A stretch of DNA of 62,764 bases, counting the filler. It is 23 parts of 23 records of this genome, joined end to end, with 100 filler letters (N's around TTAATTAATTAA, not from the genome) between each part and the next. Parts side by side here need not be neighbours in the genome. Positions count along the whole stretch, not along the records: positions 34,620 to 37,107 come from SRR36015645_223637; positions 37,208 to 39,777 come from SRR36015645_227065; positions 39,878 to 41,931 come from SRR36015645_228951; positions 42,032 to 44,288 come from SRR36015645_231493; positions 44,389 to 46,398 come from SRR36015645_232296; positions 46,499 to 49,159 come from SRR36015645_233070; 17 more parts are not named here. One strand, given 5' to 3'. The notes under the pieces were generated by a model that saw only the letters and a program-made list of their open reading frames with translations, had not been told where the DNA came from and ran no database searches. This document shows, in pieces, positions 35,279 through 46,626 of this stretch. Numbering within the stretch: position 1 is the first letter of the stretch; the number at the start of each line of letters is the position of its first letter. The translations under genes were made by a program, and so were the position numbers.

Positions 35279-35801
35279 ACAATCGCAAACCCAAGTTAGT
35301 AGTATCTAAAAATGGATAAACCGTATGCAGAACCTCCCGGCACCGAAAGTATCTTCGCGACATGCAAAAAAAGCTGCGTAAAAATTGACAAGTTACACAA
35401 GCCCCTGAGATTTTGCCTGGTTTTCACGTTTTGCAATATTCCCTGACGTGCCAGGCTTTCAGAACAACAATCTGGCCGCCGATACGCTAATGTTCCTACA
35501 ACACTGTAATGGAAGCATGGCAATTTCTATTCGCCTAAAATGTACTAGCAAATAAGTATCTCCCGTAACGGAGAAACCTCCCGAACAACTGCCCAACACC
35601 CACGGCACATGCCTGCAATGACAGTTTTACGAAATGCGCACACAAAATGTTGGTTTTCGGCGATGCATGAAATTTATTTAGTACAGGGACGAACGGGGGA
35701 TATATATAACTATATGCATATATTCAGATAACCGCACTGACCGAGAGAGGCGCAGCCAAAGGACGCACGGCAAAAGAAACCGCTAAAGAACATCGGGAAC
35801 A

Positions 35802-36071
35802 ATGCCACAAACACAAACAATGGCTACTAACGAAACTCCACCGATTACGCCGGAACAAATAAGACGCCTAAAGCGCGGACTTAGAACCCGTATCATGAAA
35901 GTACTACACAACCAAACAACGAATACGAACGAAACTCCATCGATTACGCCGGAACAAATACGACGATTGCGGCTCGGAATTCGGGCCCGCATCATGAAAA
36001 TACGACAAACCCAACGAGAACACGACGCAAAACAGGCGATCGAATTTATCCTGAAACAACTGGACAAGTAG
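35802..36071 (+). CDS. Small basic hypothetical protein with an internal 33-aa duplication
   Basis: NETPxITPEQIRRLxxGxRxRIMK occurs twice (99-nt period) with several synonymous differences; TATATATAA at 35701-35709. Confidence 0.55.
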   Translation: MPQTQTMATNETPPITPEQIRRLKRGLRTRIMKVLHNQTTNTNETPSITPEQIRRLRLGIRARIMKIRQTQREHDAKQAIEFILKQLDK

Positions 36072-36287
36072 CCAGCCATAGATTTTTTTGCGACCGCAAC
36101 CACCCGCGAACATAGCGCACTTCCTTGCACTGAAATGACCAGTGCAAAAAACTAGCCGGACAGAATGGGGGAGCGGTAGCCCACAAGCACACATGACCCA
36201 AAATCCAAGAAGGCCACAAAAATGGCCACCACTACACTTGCGACCATATCAGGCTACGCAATCTGGTGCAGTGGGCAGCAGTGATTG

Positions 36288-36825
36288 CACGCTAGCCAGC
36301 ATTGAGTTTACGGCAGCTCGCTTGAACGTGTGCGAAATAGTGCACCGTACAAGGGACAATGTATTCTCAGTGTGCGCTAATCATTAATAGTCTCGTTACT
36401 TTCAGGCAATGCTTTTTTGTGTACAGTTGCCAGCGTGGTTTCCACGCTAGCCATAAGTGAGTTTATGACAGATAGCGTGAACTTGTGAGAGGTATTGCAT
36501 CGTACAAGGTACACTGTATTCGCGATGTGGCCTTAATGTCGATAATCTAAGTGTAGACAACCACGCACGAAGTTCACGCTAGCCATAAGTGAGTTTATGG
36601 CAGCTAGCTTCAACGTGTGCGATGTAGCACACCATGTGGTCGTATTAGTAATGTTCGCGATCTTTTCAGGCAACGCATATTTTTCACGGCGACCAGCGTG
36701 GATATCACGCTAGCCGTAAGTGAGTTTATGGCAGCAATCTTGAACGTGTGAGAAGTATCACATCGTACAAGGTGCAATGTGTTCTCGATGTGTTCTAATT
36801 ATTAATAATCTCATTGTAGACAGAC
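36288..36825 (+). repeat. Four-unit degenerate repeat array (131-155 nt period) with dimeric higher-order structure
   Basis: Core cacgctagcc...tgagttta.g.cag at 36288, 36443, 36575 and 36706. Confidence 0.88.
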
Positions 36826-37295
36826 ACAATGCCATTGGCAGACCGGCTGAAACAGTTTGTGGCGCGGGCGACAGCATTCTGCACCCTACTAGGAAGACCA
36901 CACACCGCACGTGCAACACAGCAGGCCCCAGAGGATTGGGAAAGTGAACCAAAAAGCCCGTTCTACGCCCCAACACCCGCAGAAATGCCACAAGAATGCT
37001 GCAAAGGGGTGGAGATTTCTCTGCGACAACATGACCACCTCGTAGCAGGGCACGTCCGAGAGGACGTTTTTAAGGATAAAAGCAAATTCTTGTCCTGTTG
37101 TGTGCTCNNNNNNNNNNNNNNNNNNNNNNNNNNNNNNNNNNNNNNNNNNNNTTAATTAATTAANNNNNNNNNNNNNNNNNNNNNNNNNNNNNNNNNNNNN
37201 NNNNNNNCTGGTCACAGCGTCAAAAAATCTGATTTTTTTAGGGGGGGGGGGTTATCCAGCACTGTAATTAGTTTTATCACACACTAATACTTACC

Positions 37296-39777
37296 TTACA
37301 TCCCTTTAAATATGACAAGACGGTTGAGCCTCTTCCTGTCGGAATTCCCTGTTAGCATGCTATTGAACTGTTTGGCAACATGCGACTTTCTGACGTTCAA
37401 GTATCGTGTGATTATTGACTTCACTAAACTAGTAGCATGATTAGTGATTGCACCGTTACACGATGTTTCCTTTGCATGCTCTTGTAGATTGTTAAAGAAC
37501 TGCGTGGATGTAGCAATTTCGAAACATTTGATATGCACAACACTAAATGACTGTAGTTGAGTTGCCAATTCCTTGAATGAGTTATGTGCTGCTATTTCCT
37601 TCTCTAATGCCTGAACAAGTTTGCATAATGCAGGAGCTGGAACCATTAATCCTCCGCGATTTTTAATTCGTAACAGAACCAACTCCTCTGACAGTTGGGC
37701 ATCTGAATCCATTGGGTGCTGCACGAGGGAATTTCTGCAAGTGTCGCACTTAATATGTTCCAACAAACCTCGTGCAACAAAGCCAGCTATGTAATTGACA
37801 ACGTTCATTTTGTACACGGAAAGTTTGGTGTTTGTACATGTAGGCAAAAGGGAAACATCAAGAAAAGCACTGTTCAGTGACACCCTTTTATCCGAGCCGC
37901 TCTCTTTCTGTCTGTCACCAACCTGCAGTAGGTCCTCGTCATTTTCTCGTGCTGTCACATTGCCATGTTTTGTTTTGACACCTGCTCGCGTCAACAGGGC
38001 CCTATATGCCGACCTGAATGCTCGCGCTGTTGGGTTATTAGATGCCCCTTGACTTTGCCTAACAGCGTTGAAGAACAATTCAAGGTGGTCTTGACTCCAT
38101 CGATAAGTTGGTATAAACACCATACCTTCTCCTAGCAGTTGTTTCGCCAATTCCAACGTGCTCTTCATTGTTATCAGTAAGCCAACTACACAATACTTTC
38201 GCTTTGTTTTATATAGAGGTGTATTGTTAGGTGCACACTTCAGCTTGAGCAGTAAGTCGCGTGCTCTGTTGAATACCTGTGCTGCGCTGTCAATATTATG
38301 ACGTCGTAGTGGGTGCTTGTAACCTTTAGCCCAGGTTGAACGTGAATTGAGAATGTCAAATACGGCATCTATAATCCTGCAAAATTCTTCAGTTAGTTCT
38401 GAACCTACAAACTCTGGCGATCCAATTAGGCGCACGAATTTTAGAGCATCCGCTGTGGATGTGCTTAGAACCTGGACAGCTAAGTTCACTTTCATTTTGA
38501 ATTTCTCAAAAGCGACATGTTTTTCTGTCAGTTTGTTTCCCGCACGTAGGCCGACGTCCGTTTGATAAGTATGCAAACACTTAATGTAGGAGAATTTTAC
38601 GGATGTCTGTTCATCAACATTTAGTTGCTTGTAAGCATACAAACAGTTTCTTAGTAGTTTCACTAGGTGACAGGCATCGAATGTCACAAAAATAGGGTAT
38701 GGCACCCCATCAACGCGAATTGTATTTACAGTATTGAACGGGTCCATATTTAACCCCAAACGTTCCAGCGTGGATACATTCACAAAGTGTCCATCGCATG
38801 TTACACACCTAACTGTGAGCCCTATTGCATGTAGTCGTTTCAGACATTCCACTAGCAACGATTGTAACAAGTCTCTATTTATATTTCCAACTAAAAAGTA
38901 TGCAATGGGTATCTTCCACACATTGTTTATCCCAGTCACCATAAACACAAGTGCATCTGTGGCTTCAGGGACCACATCTCCGCCAGTCCCTCCATCTCCT
39001 ATATCCACAAAGCCGAAGACTTTTGACTCATTCACACTATATTCGATGTGTTTCTTGATCTTCATTTCATCGAACATCAGAGAACAGTTGGAATATTTTT
39101 GTGGCTCCTCTTTGGTACGTGCTTCCAAGAGATCAAGCGCTTCTTTTGTAAACCCTGGACTGCCATCTATAGTTGAGAGCCATGACTGTACAGTCCTTTC
39201 GGCTGGCAGAGGAATTTTCATCGTATCTCTGACGTAGTTATAAGCTTTTGCTGAGTAGAAACGGAGGGTTATAGCAAACTGCCTCATTTCTGAACTGTAC
39301 TCGTGGCTTGTCTTAATGAATGCATTGAGATCGAGCGAGCTATATACACATAATAGCTGTTTTGTTTGTTCATTGATTAGACGCTCATCATCTAGTTTTT
39401 TTATGAGCTCCTCCATTTTCACTTGTTTTCTTTTCTCTCGCTTTTTCGCCGCATCTATTTTTTTGCGCAGATTTTCTTCCCTTTCCAAAGCCTCACTCAA
39501 CCGTTTTTTCAATTTGCGTGGTGAAGGAACTGTGTAGGAGTGGTCCAGACTGCTTGTCACTTGCTTATAATCCTTACTACATGTACTGGCAATGCTATCT
39601 TGAGAGATACTACATGTACTCGTACTCATGGATGCTGGCAACGACTCGAAACTTGCTGGCTTTGATGCATTTTTTGCAGTAGATGTACTTCGTTTTAACG
39701 AAACTGATCTATGTGAAAAAACTGATGGCACACTATTTGGACGAAGTAATTTTTTATTGTGCCCTGGCCAATAGTCA
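37296..39777 (-). CDS. P-element/THAP9-like transposase, THAP domain mostly off the contig
   Basis: End of THAP domain LRPNSVPSVF; MFDEMKIKK, TCDG, FDACHLVKLLRN, KMKVNLAVQVLS, SQDHLELFFNAVR, NYIAGFVAR, CDTC, RGGL. Confidence 0.93.
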
Positions 39778-39877
39778 NNNNNNNNNNNNNNNNNNNNNNN
39801 NNNNNNNNNNNNNNNNNNNNNTTAATTAATTAANNNNNNNNNNNNNNNNNNNNNNNNNNNNNNNNNNNNNNNNNNNN

Positions 39878-41429
39878 TGCTGGGGGCATCTAAGGACTGC
39901 AACTTCGTCATCAGGTGCACAACACCATACAGGATGTCGATGGTACATAACAAGTCGATGACGAAATCCTGGCCTCTGACTGAAAAACTTTTTTCCGTTT
40001 CCATTGCAGCTCCCATAAACTCGATAAGAGTGGTCAAAAACACTTTGTAATTGTCGCACACTCGTACAAATGCTTTGTAAGAGCTGCTTGCAAATCTCGT
40101 ATCTGCATAGCCAAGAGCTACTAGTCGTTTTGACTCTTCGAGCGAGCTAACGAGACCTAGTTGAGGGAAGCCTTTACCGTGTCGTAGGTCATCGCGGAAA
40201 TTGTTCACACGGGCTATCAGTCTTGTGAAGTCCCGGCTAGATCCCACCTTGCCAAGCTTGATATCGGATACTGCGAGGTCCAACAAATGTGCACCATCCC
40301 ACACAATTGCGAAAAATTCCTTAGATTTCCCCGGGAATATTACACTACAGAAACTTACTGCCTGATAAGCGCCATCAGCTACAAGACCAGACAGAAATTC
40401 GAAGCTCTCCATTTTAAGTGATGTGGATAGAGTGTCCCTGAATTGTCTGGCCAATTCATCAAGCTTGCCGCCCTCCAAACTGCCCTCAAGCTCTGCGTAA
40501 ACAGTTGGCGATCCTATAAAATAAGCTTGCCTCCTCCCCTCCACAAGCGGACAAACCATGATCGCTTGGTTCGTTTCTCGGCCGGGGGTACTTTTATCAA
40601 CTTTTCCCCAAAAGTGAGGTGGAGACCCGGTAGCTTTCAGCGGCTCGTTCATGATGCTACTTATTCGTTGATCGATCACCTCTCCCGCCTCCTCCAAAAA
40701 CTCATTCAGTTGCTTCCGGCCATGTCCTAAGTCTCCAACATCAGCACCGACCATTTTCATGCTGCATATTTGCATTTCGTACTGCTGAGCTGACGCTTTT
40801 TCTTTCACCACAGTAAGTGCAGCAATCGCAAGGTTGCGTGACACAAGATGACATCGTCCCACATATTTCTTCTGTTGTTCGCAGTGTGCAATTGCCAAAA
40901 AGTGGGTCTACCCATCTGCCTGGTTGCAATGGTTCTTGGCTCTACATTTAGCATTGTACCAGAACTGTCCCTCACCAGACGTAAGCATTTCCGCCTCCCT
41001 ACCTGCAAAAAATAGACCTGCAGCAAAACTGTGCGAGGGTAGCTTCCGACCAGTATCCTTAACAAAGTCTTGACAAAGCTTGCATCGTATGGTTAGCCCC
41101 TCACATGTAATTGCGACGTCGAATGTCTTATCCGGTAAGTCTGTCTCACATTTCACACTCTCCCACAAAGGATCTTCAGGTGCTACCAATGTCGTCAATC
41201 CTGAGGCTCCTGACTTCTTTTCCGGAACTCTCAGCTTCTCCATTTGCTTGGTCATTCGCTGCTCAAATTGTGACAGACGCAGCATTATCTTGGACTCCAG
41301 TTCACTGCCTACATCGTTCTTCTCCTTAGCCGTTATCTCCGATAGTGGTGTCGTTCTTACTTCTTGAACAGGCGACTGACGCGACTCTAAGCCCAACCCT
41401 GGCAATACATCTCTACTTGACTGTGGCAA
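39878..41429 (-). pseudogene. hAT-like transposase with one in-frame stop
   Basis: ORFs 40908..41429 and 39822..40898 are in the same frame, separated only by TAG at 40908-40910. Motifs CKLC...H..A, VDKST, ADGAY, WDGAHLLDLA, DTRF. Confidence 0.72.
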
Positions 41430-42297
41430 TACTTCTAAACTGTCAGACTCGAGTCCGAAGTACCGGGAGATGCTGCAACAGGTGCCTTTTCTGCGAGGGG
41501 TGGCACACCTAGAACGGTAAGTTAAATCAACATATCACCCTAAATGTCAGATACATAGGAGCATACGTAAAGGAAACTTTCCCATAAATTATTTTTAGCA
41601 TGTTAAATTCAGCTGTATACCCAAATTACCCCACACATACCCAAAAGAATATTCTACAGAATGATGCAAATGACAGGGCTAAACTGACCACCACTGTAGA
41701 GTCCCATTACATAGTTTCATTACTTACGAATTGTTACAAACTGCAGTTGAATACTTCAGCGCTACAAATTAAAATAGACTATACGATGAAAGGAATCATG
41801 TCTCAGATGTCTGTACAGATGTACAAAAAATTGTAAAGAAATATGAATGCAATGATATGCAAAAGTAAAAATCACACCGAGAAAAGTAACACCATATTTA
41901 CTTTTTTTTACATAAACTTTATTTCATTATANNNNNNNNNNNNNNNNNNNNNNNNNNNNNNNNNNNNNNNNNNNNTTAATTAATTAANNNNNNNNNNNNN
42001 NNNNNNNNNNNNNNNNNNNNNNNNNNNNNNNAAATATTTATGAGATCTGAATGTAGCACCGGCACCGTCACTGCACCGTTGTTATTCAGTGCAAATATAC
42101 ATCAAGTATGAATGTTTGTTGCAGATTGCAACTAAACACATCAAAAATCTAAAAAAAATTGGGCCCTAGTCGTAGTAGCCGGGCCCGCAACCCCGGCCTT
42201 AATTTACATGTCACAACTTACAGAATTCTGTAAAATGAATTTAGAACTGCACTAATTATAGCTATACATTTACTAACTACATGCTACATCACAACCC

Positions 42298-44226
42298 TTA
42301 CAAACCTATTTTTTTGCAAAGGTCTGCATCACCTTTGCAATTGTAAGTGAGGCGCGCCAGCAACTCCAGATTTACTGGTGTCAGAGATGCGCGCTGTGGT
42401 GAGTCTATCTGTCCAGCGACAGAGAACAGACGCTCAGAGTCGCACGACCCAGCCGGAATGCTGATATACTTCATTCCCAGTGATGACAGGGCTGGCCACA
42501 CAGGCTTCCGTCTTAGCCAAAAATCGACGACGTCATCTACACTATCACTGTTGATCGGTCCTTCTTTTAGGTAGGCAGAGACGCAGTCGTCGACAACACT
42601 CTTTTTTGTCTTCTCCCCCTCCTTTACCCTCTTCCGAATGCGTTCCATTAGACTAGCTGACAATGATGATGGCGCTGCTTCAGGCTCGACTTGGGGCTCG
42701 ACTAGGGGCTCGGCTTGGGGCTCGTCCTCGAGTATGTCAGAATCTGAAGATGTGTCCGCTGCGGCTTCTGCGTCTGCCTCCACTTTTTGTACCTCCTGTA
42801 TAAGGAGCATCTTCCCTTCCGTCTTCTGTGCCGGAGACAAAAAGAAGTCCTTGTAGCGGGGATCTAAAATGACAGCCAGAAGTGTGTGGCGTCCCTCCTG
42901 CCTGCCTCCAAAGCGATTCTGCAGCGACTCTAACAAGGTGTCTTTTGTCGTTCCGACACCTCTTGCCTCGACTTCCTCCACCTTCGCCGTCACCTCTTGG
43001 ATGAGCGGTATCAAGAGGGACAATGAGGCATGGGTCTCCTGCACGGTTTTTGTTGCATCCCGCAGTGGATTGAGGAGCGCCGCCAGTGGGGTCAGCAGAT
43101 CCCAATCGTTGTAGAGTAGCGGTGAGATCGCCTCTGCTGATAGTCCGTACGCTGTTACGGCAGTGCGGTTTTTCATCAACCATGACAACGTGTCCGTTAT
43201 CCAATCCCATCGGGTGCGTGCCACGTGGGGTGGTTTTGTTGTTGGAAGATTGTCGTTCGTTTGGCATTTCCGTAGTGCCTCCATTGCTCTATCCGAGCGG
43301 TGCAGGTGGTTGACCATGTTGGTAATCCGGCCGACCATGTCGTTTACTGAGCGCTGGCTCTTTATAGCGTCATTTACGACTAGCTGGATGAGGTGGGCCA
43401 TACACCACTCGGATTCCCATCCTCCGCCAACTTCCATCGCGCGCTTCATATTGGCGGCGCCGTCTCGTACGTGTATGAAAACCTTGGCAATTATGCCAAA
43501 TTCTTCTTTGACAGAACGCAGAACCTCAGCAACATTTTCTGCTGTATGGCTACCCTCCATTCGTATCATGCGGAGGCAACGGCGCTTCAACTTAGCCTGA
43601 CCTGGTTCCGGCTCCTCTACACCATGCCCTGTCACACCGAGGTAAGCTGTATTATCGCGACTGCTCCATATGTCGAGCGTTATGTTCACGTGCTCCATTG
43701 AAGCCATTTCGGTCGTAATGACACGTTGTAGTGCGTAATCTATGCCTGGGAGCACCGTTGTAGTCATGTGCTTCCGGCTTACCGGCTTGTATTTTGGCCG
43801 AAGTGTTTGTAGCAGGTGCTGCATACCCTCATCTTCTAGTATGCTAACTGGTTGACGGTCAAGGATGATCAGACCGGCAACTAAGTTTGTCACCTGTACT
43901 GCACGACTATCTTGATTTGGCCACATCTGCATGACGGTTTCCTCCAACGTTGGTTGACGTGGTTTCTTTGGTTCTGGGGGGCCGGCATCTTTACTGCTTT
44001 CGGTCTTTTTGGCCGACTCACGGTCCACTTCATCTGCTTCCTTTTTATGCTTTGCCCTTAAATGACGTCCCATGGTTGATGTGCCAAGGTTCTTCGGGTC
44101 CACTTTTTCATTTCCACGACTGAGGATTGTCTTTTTTGGTGCGCACAGCAGACATTTAACTTTGTGGGGTGCTCCTTCAACGATGTCAAAGTATCTCCAC
44201 CCTGGATAGGTTTTTTTCGATGCCAT
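42298..44226 (-). CDS. hAT (Ac/ZBED-like) transposase, apparently complete
   Basis: BED finger WRYF...CLLC...RHLRAKH; TLDIWS, RDGAANM, CMAHLIQL, TRWD, LDPRYK, and dimerisation region CDSERLFS. Confidence 0.95.
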   Translation of the reverse strand: MASKKTYPGWRYFDIVEGAPHKVKCLLCAPKKTILSRGNEKVDPKNLGTSTMGRHLRAKHKKEADEVDRESAKKTESSKDAGPPEPKKPRQPTLEETVMQMWPNQDSRAVQVTNLVAGLIILDRQPVSILEDEGMQHLLQTLRPKYKPVSRKHMTTTVLPGIDYALQRVITTEMASMEHVNITLDIWSSRDNTAYLGVTGHGVEEPEPGQAKLKRRCLRMIRMEGSHTAENVAEVLRSVKEEFGIIAKVFIHVRDGAANMKRAMEVGGGWESEWCMAHLIQLVVNDAIKSQRSVNDMVGRITNMVNHLHRSDRAMEALRKCQTNDNLPTTKPPHVARTRWDWITDTLSWLMKNRTAVTAYGLSAEAISPLLYNDWDLLTPLAALLNPLRDATKTVQETHASLSLLIPLIQEVTAKVEEVEARGVGTTKDTLLESLQNRFGGRQEGRHTLLAVILDPRYKDFFLSPAQKTEGKMLLIQEVQKVEADAEAAADTSSDSDILEDEPQAEPLVEPQVEPEAAPSSLSASLMERIRKRVKEGEKTKKSVVDDCVSAYLKEGPINSDSVDDVVDFWLRRKPVWPALSSLGMKYISIPAGSCDSERLFSVAGQIDSPQRASLTPVNLELLARLTYNCKGDADLCKKIGL

Positions 44227-44861
44227 AGTGCAGTCAATTGTCTAATGCTCACTCACCTAAATAACAAAAAAGATAAGAGAATTGGTTTNNNNNNNNNNNN
44301 NNNNNNNNNNNNNNNNNNNNNNNNNNNNNNNNTTAATTAATTAANNNNNNNNNNNNNNNNNNNNNNNNNNNNNNNNNNNNNNNNNNNNACAGTACACATT
44401 AGCACAGCGTTGGTCAGGCAGGAATTGTTAGTTGGTATTTACCATGTTAAAACAAGCAAACCTGAATTAAAACCCTGGTTTATTGAGCTTGCTGTAAGTA
44501 GCTTTCTAAAAATGCGTTGAAACAAGTGTTTTGGTTACTTCTTGTATTCATCTCATCCATACACTACACTCTTACAACCGCTCACGTTCATTTATCCAAA
44601 AAGAAAGGGAGGCGCGCCTTCTTAAATTTTGATAGACCAAACACGTTCTTCCGCATTTTAGGATATAGATGGCAAATTCGTTTTTTAATAACCCATGGCA
44701 AGATCCCTACCAACGTTCCGTTTGGTCGTTTTCTCTTGTCCACACAGTAATCACATCCGATATATCTAATGGCAATTTAGGCCGCTAGGCATTATTTTGG
44801 TAAATTCCTGGTACAAATAAATGCATTTTTAGAACTACACTGGCATCATGGACAAACTTAC

Positions 44862-45001
44862 TGAGTGCTTTCCTGACGTGCACAGAAATTATGCACAATT
44901 TTAAACTTTTCAGTGAATATACTTCGTGCAGCCGAGCCTCGGGCGATGGCAAGGGCCAAGAAGGTGAGGATAAAAATTAGGACCTGATTTCCCGTTTCCA
45001 T
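44862..45001 (-). CDS. Possible first coding exon of a secreted protein (signal peptide)
   Basis: Acceptor-like tttctccag at 45015-45016, ATG at 45001, METGNQVLIFILTFLALAIARGSAA, donor GTAAGT at 44861. Confidence 0.35.
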
Positions 45002-45137
45002 TATTAAACAGGACCTGGAGAAATAGGTGAAGTTAGGGTGGGTGGACTGCACTGTCCTCTCCCGCAGCTTTGATCGTTTATTGCACTTCTTATACTCACA
45101 AAACGCAGTCAAGGCTAAAACTTTTGATAATAAACAA

Positions 45138-45238
45138 AGTAACGGACATTATCGGGCGTCTTGTACTCAACCCCGCCATAAGAAGGCAGTAACGGACACT
45201 ATCGGGCGTATTGTACTCAACCCCGCCATAAGAAGGCA
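45138..45238. repeat. 50-nt tandem duplication
   Basis: agtaacggaca.tatcgggcgt.ttgtactcaaccccgccataagaaggc twice, 2 mismatches. Confidence 0.92.
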
Positions 45239-46626
45239 TTTTATAATGGCTTATAAGCAGGAAAACCTAAAACAGTTACTGGTGGTTCCTAAAAACATTA
45301 GCATAAAATTATCATCATTCGACAGCATATGTTTTGTAAACAACCTTGAGCTACCTTAACCAACACTTTAAGGCGGGTATCAGCAAAAGCTGACAATACA
45401 GAATTAGTATTACTGGTACCAAAACCAAAACTCCTGCCAATGGGACAAAATGACGGATATTTTCTAGCACCTGAGTGTTTGGCATAACCAACCTACAGAA
45501 CCAAATGGCTTGTGAGCTAATGACACGGTGACAACAGGAAAATGGTCCTAAATTTAAATCCAGTACATTATTAGTGACAAGGTTAGGCACTAGTCCATTA
45601 TATGAATTTAAAGCACTAAAGTCAATATGTATAGGTCTCGCACGGTCCCATGACTCCCATCCGTTCAGATTCCTAGGTAATGTGAGGACTCTCGGTGATT
45701 TCCCAGTCCTATCCCATTCATTCTCTTCTCCCACCATGGCTGGCTGACTCACTGCTTCTGGCCGACGTGCTGGTCTCCTATTCCTCCTCCTGCTGTTCCC
45801 ATCCCTGTCTCGAATGATCCGGTGGATAACTTTTGCATCCTGATTACCAAGTATCCCTTCTTCTTCTTTCTTCTTTGGGTTGCAGAGCTTAATTATAGGG
45901 GCGGCTCGCCTCGTTGTAGGGTGGCATATGGCATTGTGGTATTTACTGCCTAGAAATTCAACCCAAATTTGATAGGCCCACACCGTACCACCCCACCTCA
46001 CCGACATCACTCCCGAGTGTCCCAGGGAGGGCGGACAGTTACCGTAAACCCGGTTAAATGGGGCTTCATACGGCCTGCATTGTCTTTACGGACCACGCCT
46101 GGCCCTGGAGGATGTCTTTGTTAGGTGCCGTACGCCTTGTTCAAAATATTGACGATCTTCGTTTAAGAAATGAATAAATTGCATGTATGCCTATATGGTT
46201 CTATAATGTTGGCTGTTAGCCGCCAATCTCCTTTGCCTTATCCGAAATGGATGATTGTAGCACGCAACTCAGCTGTTTGCTAATAGTGCTTAAGCTTTCC
46301 AAAACTTCTGTAGTTAGATTGGTTGATTGTACCATCAATGTCGAGATGCTGTGCCCTTTCTTAGTTGGACCCTCCATTATATATACGGTGAAGTTAGANN
46401 NNNNNNNNNNNNNNNNNNNNNNNNNNNNNNNNNNNNNNNNNNTTAATTAATTAANNNNNNNNNNNNNNNNNNNNNNNNNNNNNNNNNNNNNNNNNNNNCA
46501 CAATTGCGAGAGTTACGAAGCAATTAAATCAGGTTACGAAATATAAATAATGAGCCAAACTTATTCAACATAATTAAACTACATGCATAGTGGTTCCAAT
46601 CAAATTATAGTTATATACACAGAGTT

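Noticed and set aside
36288-36825. CRISPR-like repeat-spacer appearance
   Set aside because: The repeats are degenerate, the spacers are ~100 nt and similar to each other in alternation, there are no cas genes, and the context is eukaryotic.
37221-37251. aaaaaatc-t-gatttttt mini-palindrome and G-run as a P-element terminus
   Set aside because: The other end of the element is off the contig, so no TIR or TSD can be tested.
45351-46398. 219-aa minus-strand ORF and an upstream PYEAPFNR resembling an integrase tail
   Set aside because: No catalytic motifs, non-ATG first codon and broken frames; too weak to call.
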